From IMG/VR virus record IMGVR_UViG_3300045988_015706: 42,047 nucleotides of DNA; one strand, written 5' to 3'. The stretch is from a virus. How positions within the stretch are numbered: position 1 is the first letter of the stretch; the number at the start of each line of letters is the position of its first letter. Of the stretch, positions 27,248-33,662 are shown in pieces. Made by a program: the position numbers and the translations under genes. Under the pieces are notes generated by a model. That model ran no database searches. It worked only from the letters and a program-made list of their open reading frames with translations, and had not been told where the DNA came from.

Positions 27248-29884
27248 TTAGCTAAAGGCGTACATGGACTCCTTGACTCGCTCAAGATCAAGGTTTCCCT
27301 TAGAGGGAATCTCAGGGAGCTTGTCGACCATCTTAGGAGACAAAAGGTTTTCAATGTGGTCATGAAGATCCTGCAGTACATCATTCTTGCTGTAGGTATC
27401 TACAAACACTTCCCTAACGGTCGTGAACATGATGTCACCATGTCCTGCAGGTGCCCCATAGGAGTCATGAATCATCGCAAAGGACTTAACCCCCTTGTCG
27501 ACACAAGAGCACACCGTAAGCATCAAATGGGACGCATCCATGCTATGGACATAGTTGGGTGCAATACCCTGCTTCTGCTTTCGGGTGTCAATCTCGGGGG
27601 TACTTTCGTACACCACGGGGTTGATAGAGGCACCTTCCTCAATCTGGCTGTCTTCCTTGAACGGCTCCTTGACTCGAATGGTTCCAGTAGTAAACGTCCT
27701 GAGTTGCTTGAGCACAACTTTGTTGTACTTCTGTTTTACAGGGAATCCTGCAGGGGTAATCCAATAGGTAGGCAGACTTTGACCGTTAATGTCCTTGTCC
27801 TGAGCGAGGAGGCCACTTGCAACCTGTAGCCAACCCATAGCCTCCACAGCTTTCACTACGACCCCTTGCAGGGCTTCCCAGATCAATCCAGCCATATACC
27901 TAGCGGACTGGCTAGGGCGACTGAAGGCCGTGGGATTCTTTGAAAGAGCGGGGTAAATAGTGTCTTCCAAAACCTGTTCGGCAAAGCCAAATTTACTAGA
28001 GCCATAGCAAAGCGTCATGGTGCTACGCTTAGTCACCTTACGGGTAACTCCGTGCTTGAGCCATTCCGTGGCCATACTGCGGGTGCCCTTCTTCAGGTAA
28101 TCGTCACCGTCTTCAGTTTTAGCCATGGTGTCGTCGGTACCATTGTCATAGTCCTTTTTAAGGAGTTCGGTGACCTTGATAGCGACAATGCCATAGATGT
28201 CATGAACATGATCGTCAGGCATGAGGTTGACAGCTTCCCCACCGACTTCATCCCTTAGCATCGCAGAAAAATGCTGTAAGCCAGAGCAGGAGCCATCAAA
28301 GGCAATCGGGAGGTGAGACACGTAAGAGTCACCCTTATCCAGATAGTCCGCCCACTCAAAGCAGAATGCAAGGAATTCCCAAGGTGAATCCGTCTCAGTC
28401 CATCGGAGATCCTGCAAGGGATCCTTGGCAATAGACAGAATCATGTCGGTGTTCTCATAGACCCAAGCAATACGCTCTTCAAAGGGTTTCTTGTCAAGGC
28501 CGTAGCAGTTAGCACCCTGAAAGGCCAGCCAAGTATGCCCATTCTCACCAAGAGGCACCCCCTCGGCAAACTCGAGTAGCGACTTAGTAAAGTCGTTGCC
28601 TTGAGGGCTCAACTGGGTCAAGGGATAGACACGACCACGGAAATCAAGATTGTGGGGGAAATAAATTTCCATGTCGTCCTTGTAGGTGTTTGCCAGTGCT
28701 AGGACACCATTGACAAGATAACGCTTGCTCTTACGCTTATTGTCGTCTTGATAGTAGTGCACCATAGCACTTCGCCAATCACGATGGACCTCCTCGCTAG
28801 TGTCTGCCTCTGCAGGCCTCATAGGAGGCTCCGCAGGGATCGCAGAGGGCATCTCAAGGCCCTCAGGAATGTGAGCCCATGAGCACACCTCATTGGCCAC
28901 GTCGAGCACTCTACGATTGATCCTCCAAGCCGTAGACTGGATGGCATTGACGGCCTTATACACGTTAGGCATGTCAACCTCATCGTAGAGCTGTGCACAC
29001 TCCTTAGAGGGCATTCTAACAAGCTGTATGGGTTTCTTAAGGTTGATCAGGTAACCACCATCAAAAGGGGTAGTCCACGACTTAGGAGGGATCACCATGG
29101 GCCGATTTTGGAACATGAGACTAGCCGTTTCCTTATCCTCGTGTTCCAAATACGTCAACACGTCAGGGTCAAGACAGAAAATGTAATGTACGTTTTTGTT
29201 GTCACTCATGGTTTTCTCAAGGGCGCCTAAGCCAGTAGACACGATGAAAATATCTACCAACTTAAGACCTACTTGCACTCTATTAGCGTTACCCCACTTG
29301 TTCCATCTCTTGAGTCTCTTTTCGTCTGCAAGGATTTTTTCTTTGTTTTCAACATAGCGCTTTTTGAACTGCATGGAAATACGCTTATCAAGCCCTGCAT
29401 TGAACCTGCTAAGCTCTTTCTTGTCCATGGTTGCAACTACCATCTTGAATCGAAGTTCATCCTCAATAGCTTCACCAATTGCAGAGGACAATTTGGTTAA
29501 AGACACGATTCCAAGGGAATTTTCAATGATGGTTCTAATTGCAATGAACGCGATTTCTTCGGTCGACAGAGCCCGAATGAGGGATGCCATCACGTGACGC
29601 TTACCGGGCTTTCCAGTATCAACATCCTTAAACCACTTGTCAAGGGCCTTAGTCATGACAGGGATGGCTTCACTGATCAAGACACGACTTGCACCCATAT
29701 TACCAATAGTACCGCTTTCAATGGCCTTATTACGCTTAGACATGAAAGCATTGAAGGCATTTTCCTTGCTTTCAAGTTCTAATTCAATTTCCCTGTCTAC
29801 ACGGGCTTTGCCGTATTTAAGACAAAGCTCATCGTATTCATTTTCACCATCAATTCTAAAACTATTCAATTTATCATAAGACAT
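27248..29884 (-). CDS. Single-subunit DNA-directed RNA polymerase (T7 gp1-like)
   Basis: 878 aa. Conserved T7-RNAP blocks include ...PIAFDGSCSGLQHFSAMLRDE..., ...VTKRSTMTLCYGS..., ...NYVHSMDASHL..., ...FAMIHDSYG..., and the C-terminus ...SMYAFS (T7 ends ..DFAFA). Confidence 0.98.
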   Translation of the reverse strand: MSYDKLNSFRIDGENEYDELCLKYGKARVDREIELELESKENAFNAFMSKRNKAIESGTIGNMGASRVLISEAIPVMTKALDKWFKDVDTGKPGKRHVMASLIRALSTEEIAFIAIRTIIENSLGIVSLTKLSSAIGEAIEDELRFKMVVATMDKKELSRFNAGLDKRISMQFKKRYVENKEKILADEKRLKRWNKWGNANRVQVGLKLVDIFIVSTGLGALEKTMSDNKNVHYIFCLDPDVLTYLEHEDKETASLMFQNRPMVIPPKSWTTPFDGGYLINLKKPIQLVRMPSKECAQLYDEVDMPNVYKAVNAIQSTAWRINRRVLDVANEVCSWAHIPEGLEMPSAIPAEPPMRPAEADTSEEVHRDWRSAMVHYYQDDNKRKSKRYLVNGVLALANTYKDDMEIYFPHNLDFRGRVYPLTQLSPQGNDFTKSLLEFAEGVPLGENGHTWLAFQGANCYGLDKKPFEERIAWVYENTDMILSIAKDPLQDLRWTETDSPWEFLAFCFEWADYLDKGDSYVSHLPIAFDGSCSGLQHFSAMLRDEVGGEAVNLMPDDHVHDIYGIVAIKVTELLKKDYDNGTDDTMAKTEDGDDYLKKGTRSMATEWLKHGVTRKVTKRSTMTLCYGSSKFGFAEQVLEDTIYPALSKNPTAFSRPSQSARYMAGLIWEALQGVVVKAVEAMGWLQVASGLLAQDKDINGQSLPTYWITPAGFPVKQKYNKVVLKQLRTFTTGTIRVKEPFKEDSQIEEGASINPVVYESTPEIDTRKQKQGIAPNYVHSMDASHLMLTVCSCVDKGVKSFAMIHDSYGAPAGHGDIMFTTVREVFVDTYSKNDVLQDLHDHIENLLSPKMVDKLPEIPSKGNLDLERVKESMYAFS

Positions 29885-29976
29885 AGGGGGTACCTTTATG
29901 TTATATCTATAGATCTTTTATATTCTCTTATATAGGGTTATATAGGTGATGATGTAGGATATTACCCATAGTTAAA

Positions 29977-30022
29977 CTATAGACTCCCATGGTTTCCTTT
30001 AGATTTCCTTAGGAGTCTATAG
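29977..30022 (-). promoter_or_regulatory. 11-bp inverted repeat (hairpin) in the RNAP mRNA leader
   Basis: ctatagactcc (29977-29987) and ggagtctatag (30012-30022) flank a 24-nt loop. The element lies between the 30040 start site and the RNAP ATG. Confidence 0.6.
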
Positions 30023-30033
30023 CCTCTTTCACC

Positions 30034-30060
30034 CTCTCCCTAGGAGTATGGATTTTATTA
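30034..30060 (-). promoter_or_regulatory. Phage RNAP promoter immediately upstream of the RNAP gene itself
   Basis: TAATAAAATCCATACTCCTA|GGGAGAGGGTG is a perfect match to the 27.2-kb copies through +7. Predicted +1 is 30040, 156 nt upstream of the RNAP ATG. Confidence 0.85.
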
Positions 30061-30076
30061 AATCCTCGTGTCTCCT

Positions 30077-30361
30077 CTAATCATTGATTTTACCTTTTTC
30101 GATGTACTCACCGTTGACCTCGATGGTACCGAATTCCTCGAAAGTAAACAGCCAGTCAGAGTATGTCAGGTATTTGTTTCTGTCTTTCTCTGCGGATTCC
30201 CCTGCTTTGCGTCCTGCTCTGAACGCGTATTTGATCATATTGCCCTTTAGGAATCCAATGAATTCCTCATGAGATAATACATTGAGCATCAATTCAATAG
30301 GCTGGACAGCTCCCATATAATGGGTACTGGTTTCAGGCTTTCCACTGTTAATTTCTTCCAT
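30077..30361 (-). CDS. DUF3310-like protein
   Basis: 94 aa from the ATG at 30361 (AAGGGG SD; the track start is a TTG). THYMGAVQPIELM...FLKGNMIKYAFRAGRK....KDRNKYLTY matches the pattern I associate with DUF3310 phage proteins. Confidence 0.65.
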   Translation of the reverse strand: MEEINSGKPETSTHYMGAVQPIELMLNVLSHEEFIGFLKGNMIKYAFRAGRKAGESAEKDRNKYLTYSDWLFTFEEFGTIEVNGEYIEKGKIND

Positions 30362-30372
30362 TTTGTCCCCTT

Positions 30373-30480
30373 TTAGTAATAGATTCCCATAAGTTTGCAA
30401 ATAAAGACAAACAAGGGGAAAATTCCAAGAATGATTGCAATTCCAATGAATACAATCAGGTATTCTTTAAGATTAAGCAT
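30373..30480 (-). CDS. Small hydrophobic protein (35 aa, single TM)
   Basis: MLNLKEYLIVFIGIAIILGIFPLFVFICKLMGIYY. Its ATG overlaps the upstream stop (ATGCTTAA). It is below the track cut-off. Confidence 0.45.
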   Translation of the reverse strand: MLNLKEYLIVFIGIAIILGIFPLFVFICKLMGIYY

Positions 30481-30754
30481 TCTTTTCAATCTCCTTAATG
30501 TGGTTATTCCACATTGACAGGATTGCATTCATAACACTGCCGTTCATAGATGCCACACCGATGAGATCCATAGCCCCTTTCTTGAACTTGTAGAGCTTGC
30601 CTTCTACATTTTCACCACCTGAATATTTACCGGTGAAAGTGTAGGTAGACTTGCAGTCCGTAAAGGTGACGAAGTATGCACCCTCCTTCCAACGATAAAA
30701 GAGAATAGAGGATATGTCAGAGCGTTCGATGACGGTGGTGGTGCGAGTATACAT
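30473..30754 (-). CDS. Hypothetical early protein
   Basis: 93-aa ORF with an AAGGAG SD preceded by a GCTAGC-AA-GCTAGC element. Confidence 0.65.
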   Translation of the reverse strand: MYTRTTTVIERSDISSILFYRWKEGAYFVTFTDCKSTYTFTGKYSGGENVEGKLYKFKKGAMDLIGVASMNGSVMNAILSMWNNHIKEIEKNA

Positions 30755-30847
30755 GATGTCTCCTTTGCTAGCTTGCTAGCCTCTGGACGCTCCTAGGTGC
30801 CTTAATTTGGCTCCTAGGGGCATTCCTTTAGTTTTTTGCCGTGGTTG

Positions 30848-31606
30848 CTAGGACACTAGCTTTGCTTGATGGATTTGGATAGCCTTTCGAGCTTTGCCCT
30901 TGTGGGCACCATGGATACCAAAGACAACGATTGCCTCCCTATCCTTTGCACACAACCTACAGCCCTTGCAGGTGATGCCTTCTCGTGTCTGTGCGGGGCA
31001 CTGGACAGCGGTGAGACCATGAACTTCTCTGAGTAGCCGAATGTCATCCTTGGGGTTGACGCTGGTCAACACAGTGTTAAAGCCCTTTGCTTTAGCAATG
31101 CGAGCTTCAAGGACAGAGTCCGTGGACACATTGACAGTCATGACACCTTTCATACTGTTGATTACGTACTTATCCCCTTCTGTCAGCTCGCAATGGGTAT
31201 ATGTGAACCCCTTGACTACCTTACCGAAATTCCCTGAGTAGACAGCGTTCACACGAATGATCGCATTAGCAATATCAAGGAATTCATGGGTATTGAAGTT
31301 GTTAGTATTCCTTACCGCAAGATCTCCTGCGATGTTGTGACGAAACAGCAATTCGTTTTCGGGCTCCTTGATGTGCTCAATGACACCTCCAAGCATGGCG
31401 AGCGTCAGGTCATCTTGAGAAGACACGAAACGCTTGTCGGACTCATCGTCTGCCCTCTCCCATGTCTTGACCGTTCGGATGCCCTCTGCGTAGCATCCAG
31501 AGCCCTTAAGCGGGCACCTGTTTGGGCATGAGCTCTTTGAGGAGTACGACTGCATTATGTCTCCTGTCTTGGCGTTTTCGGAGGACTTGAGAAAGATCAT
31601 TTTCAT
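30848..31606 (-). CDS. Cys-rich early protein (possible metal or Fe-S binding; start uncertain)
   Basis: Two Cys clusters: SCPNRCPLKGSGCYAEG (CX3CX6C) near the N-terminus and QCPAQTREGITCKGCRLC (CX10CX2CX2C) near the C-terminus. The N-terminal CP..C...GCYA pattern is reminiscent of GP88/DUF5131-type phage proteins (weak recollection). The start is chosen at Met 31606 (AAAGGAA SD). Confidence 0.6.
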   Translation of the reverse strand: MKMIFLKSSENAKTGDIMQSYSSKSSCPNRCPLKGSGCYAEGIRTVKTWERADDESDKRFVSSQDDLTLAMLGGVIEHIKEPENELLFRHNIAGDLAVRNTNNFNTHEFLDIANAIIRVNAVYSGNFGKVVKGFTYTHCELTEGDKYVINSMKGVMTVNVSTDSVLEARIAKAKGFNTVLTSVNPKDDIRLLREVHGLTAVQCPAQTREGITCKGCRLCAKDREAIVVFGIHGAHKGKARKAIQIHQAKLVS

Positions 31607-31632
31607 GGCGGGGATTCCTTTCATTGGGGTTA

Positions 31633-31914
31633 TTAGGCTAGCCAGATACGGACACACTCAGCATAGGTGCCCGTGATCTCGTCTTTACAGAAGACAGGGT
31701 TAATCGTCCCGTCTTCCTCTTCGTCGACGATGATGGAGCGTCCTTGCACTACATCCTCATCAAACTGGGCGACCATAGCGGCCTCTCCGCAACTCTCAGG
31801 GGCATCCAAGGGAATGATACCCGTGTAGTCCCCATTGATGAGAGCAGGCAGTGCCCATTCGGCGACCATGTAGGACGGGCATGCGTCCATCATCTTTCGA
31901 ACCTGTGCATTCAT
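31633..31914 (-). CDS. Hypothetical early protein (acidic, 93 aa)
   Basis: ORF with an AAGGAG SD preceded by the CAGCTAGCTG-T-GCTAGC element. GC-rich codon usage. Confidence 0.65.
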   Translation of the reverse strand: MNAQVRKMMDACPSYMVAEWALPALINGDYTGIIPLDAPESCGEAAMVAQFDEDVVQGRSIIVDEEEDGTINPVFCKDEITGTYAECVRIWLA

Positions 31915-31968
31915 CTCAATACTCCTTGCTAGGTTGCTAGCACAGCTAGCTGTTACTAGCCTTGTGAA

Positions 31969-32000
31969 GGCTAGAGGGCTACTATGGGCACCCTCTAGCC
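31969..32000 (-). promoter_or_regulatory. Intercistronic RNA hairpin (10-bp perfect stem, 12-nt loop), no U tract
   Basis: ggctagaggg / ccctctagcc, 9 nt after the stop of 32010..32474. Confidence 0.6.
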
Positions 32001-32009
32001 CCTTATGGT

Positions 32010-32474
32010 TTAGCAGAAGGCAAGCTCCTTGTATTTCTTGGAAAGCTCCTTAGCATCAATCATGTACACCCCGTAAAGCGTGGTGATTGTCTCACCGCCG
32101 TTTTCCCTCCAGTATCCTTCGAAATCAAAGAACTTGAGGAATAACTCATCAATGTCAAGACCGTTGCGGACAGCAAGGCCATAGCCCTTGTCTGCATCGT
32201 CCCTGATCTCGGGGAGTCTCCCGAGGAGCTTGAGACAGCCCGGATTGGTTGCGATGACGACGGCCATGTCAAGAGCCATGCCCTCATTGAGGCAGGCGCC
32301 GAGGAAGCACCAGCGGAAACCATCAGGAACATAGACAGGCTCTAAGGCCTTCTCGATGACCTTCATGCAAGTTTCGGGATACAGCACCATATGGGCGCCT
32401 ACTTCCTTGGAGAGTCGGTCGAGAGGCACGTCGTTGCGTTTTTTGGCGTGGGCGAGGAATTCATTGAAGTTCAT
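32010..32474 (-). CDS. Hypothetical early protein (154 aa)
   Basis: ORF with a GGAG SD preceded by CAGCTAGCT-C-GCTAGC. GC-rich. I recognise no motif. Confidence 0.7.
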   Translation of the reverse strand: MNFNEFLAHAKKRNDVPLDRLSKEVGAHMVLYPETCMKVIEKALEPVYVPDGFRWCFLGACLNEGMALDMAVVIATNPGCLKLLGRLPEIRDDADKGYGLAVRNGLDIDELFLKFFDFEGYWRENGGETITTLYGVYMIDAKELSKKYKELAFC

Positions 32475-32528
32475 TTTGTTACTCCATAGTTGCTAGCGAG
32501 CTAGCTGTTGGTTTACAGGGGATTCATC

Positions 32529-32551
32529 AGGAGAGGCCGAAGCCCCTCCCT
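32529..32551 (-). promoter_or_regulatory. Intercistronic RNA hairpin with a UUCG tetraloop (9 bp including 2 G-U pairs that pair only in the minus-strand RNA)
   Basis: The minus RNA reads GGGAGGGGC-UUCG-GCCUCUCCU, 10 nt after the stop of 32561..33013. It has no U tract. Confidence 0.6.
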
Positions 32552-32560
32552 TAGGACTCG

Positions 32561-33013
32561 TTAGAGATTGTACCACACAAGCCCCAGCGTTGCAAGTGTG
32601 GTGAGGATATTAACCATCACCATGCCCCCCACCATCTTGAGGGTGTCCAGAAGATCGGTGTCATCCTGTTCGGGATCAACAGCGGGGGCCTCGACCTTAG
32701 CAGGTGCATAGCGGTGCTGTGCGACATCCTGCGAGGCCTCGAGGAATTCGGAGAGCATCTCAAGGAGCTCGGCGAGGATCGTGGAGGTCTTGAAGTATTC
32801 AACACGACCGCCATTGGTACTGCGGGCCTGAATGGAGTCAATCTTTCCGTTCAGGAATTCCACCGTGTAGCGGCGGGCCGTCTGGTGAGCCCTCCTGCGA
32901 TCCGTGTAGTTGTACTGAACACGGACTCGACCGTAGCCGAGAGACTCCCATCGGAAATCACGGGCGAGATTGCCAGAGGGCAGGGTGATGATGTGAGAGG
33001 ATCGAACAATCAT
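32561..33013 (-). CDS. First early protein, C-terminally membrane-anchored (150 aa)
   Basis: AAAGGAG SD. It is the first ORF downstream of the consensus host promoter at 33117-33089. The C-terminus MVGGMVMVNILTTLATLGLVWYNL is a TM segment. Confidence 0.7.
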   Translation of the reverse strand: MIVRSSHIITLPSGNLARDFRWESLGYGRVRVQYNYTDRRRAHQTARRYTVEFLNGKIDSIQARSTNGGRVEYFKTSTILAELLEMLSEFLEASQDVAQHRYAPAKVEAPAVDPEQDDTDLLDTLKMVGGMVMVNILTTLATLGLVWYNL

Positions 33014-33088
33014 GATGTACTCCTTTAAGTGGTAGCGGTAGTGGTGAAGAACTCTCGATCCGTGAGGATCTGTCTATCCATGCCCTGA

Positions 33089-33117
33089 ATTATAGAGCAC
33101 CCCGAATCACCTGTCAA
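33089..33117 (-). promoter_or_regulatory. Host sigma70-type early promoter P1 (perfect consensus)
   Basis: The minus strand reads TTGACA-ggtgattcggggtgctc-TATAAT, both hexamers perfect with a 17-nt spacer. It lies ~75 nt upstream of the first early ATG. Confidence 0.8.
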
Positions 33118-33296
33118 GCCCTCAAGTGAAAAAATACCGTAAACATGGTATCCCCTCCCCTAGTGTCTCAGCCCTCTCTATATAGAGGCTAGCTAGCTAG
33201 CAGAGGAGCCCTGTGGAGAGCTGTGGAGAGCTATGGTCTACCTAAAGGAGTACCAAAGGATACAAAGCACAGATAATGCCACCCAAAGGCAAACAA

Positions 33297-33310
33297 TTGA
33301 TCTAGATCAA
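33297..33310. promoter_or_regulatory. Perfect 14-bp palindrome TTGAT-CTAG-ATCAA (FNR/CRP-family consensus)
   Basis: Read directly from the sequence. It equals the TTGAT-N4-ATCAA FNR box consensus. On the minus strand, TGgCATTAT (an extended -10-like sequence) follows 16 nt later. Confidence 0.4.
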
Positions 33311-33335
33311 ACCCCATATTGACCCAAATCAACCC

Positions 33336-33367
33336 TGTGGACAACCCTGTGGATAACCTGTGGATAA
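33336..33367 (-). promoter_or_regulatory. Three tandem DnaA-box matches (TTGTCCACA, TTATCCACA, TTATCCACA on the minus strand)
   Basis: On the plus strand: tgtggacaa 33336-33344, tgtggataa 33348-33356, tgtggataa 33359-33367. Spacing is 12 and 11 bp, and all are co-oriented. Confidence 0.6.
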
Positions 33368-33392
33368 CTTGAAAAAACACTGATAAATCAAT

Positions 33393-33422
33393 AGTTTACC
33401 ACAAGTACCCTAAGGATGTCAA
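33393..33422 (-). promoter_or_regulatory. Host sigma70-type early promoter P2
   Basis: The minus strand reads TTGACA-18 nt-TAAACT, with TGg directly upstream of the -10 hexamer (an extended -10). Confidence 0.6.
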
Positions 33423-33438
33423 TAGTGACAAACCCCAC

Positions 33439-33467
33439 TTGACAGCCCTTTGAATCTGTGGTATAAT
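33439..33467 (+). promoter_or_regulatory. Perfect-consensus sigma70 promoter on the PLUS strand (opposite to every gene)
   Basis: TTGACA (33439-44), a 17-nt spacer, TATAAT (33462-67), with TGg giving an extended -10. It is back to back with P2; the two -35 hexamers are separated by 16 bp. Confidence 0.65.
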
Positions 33468-33500
33468 CAAAGACCCCAAAGGACACAGCGGGAGCCCGCA

Positions 33501-33533
33501 GGCACCCACAGGCACCCCCACGGGGGCACCCAC
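33501..33533. repeat. Triple direct repeat GGCACCC(CC)AC
   Basis: ggcacccac 33501-09, ggcacccccac 33511-21, ggcacccac 33525-33. Confidence 0.7.
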
Positions 33534-33615
33534 GCACGTGAACTCCTTAAGTGAGGGTTCACAAATTTGATCAATTTTTATGATCCCCTTGGTTACCTGT
33601 GCTAGCAAGAGCTAG

Positions 33616-33639
33616 CTGTGGATAACCTGTGGATAACTT
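33616..33639 (-). promoter_or_regulatory. Pair of perfect DnaA boxes within a 24-bp exact repeat of 33347-33370
   Basis: ctgtggataacctgtggataactt occurs identically at 33347-33370 and 33616-33639. The boxes are at 33617-25 and 33628-36. Confidence 0.6.
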
Positions 33640-33662
33640 TAAATAAAACCCCTAAGGAACCC

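Noticed and set aside
30793-30830. Two plus-strand CTCCTAGG(G) motifs resembling the promoter core
   Set aside because: They lack the TAATAAAATCCATA specificity region and point against the gene direction. The CCTAGG palindrome explains the resemblance.
33129-33151. A hairpin plus U6 (AUACC-auguuuac-GGUAU-UUUUUU, minus strand) as an intrinsic terminator between P2 and P1
   Set aside because: The stem is only 5 bp and AU-rich, which is too weak to call.
33396-33608. 70-aa minus-strand ORF in the non-coding control region
   Set aside because: It has no SD and an odd Gly/Pro/Cys-rich translation generated by the GGCACCC repeats. It spans the divergent promoters, so it is most likely non-coding.
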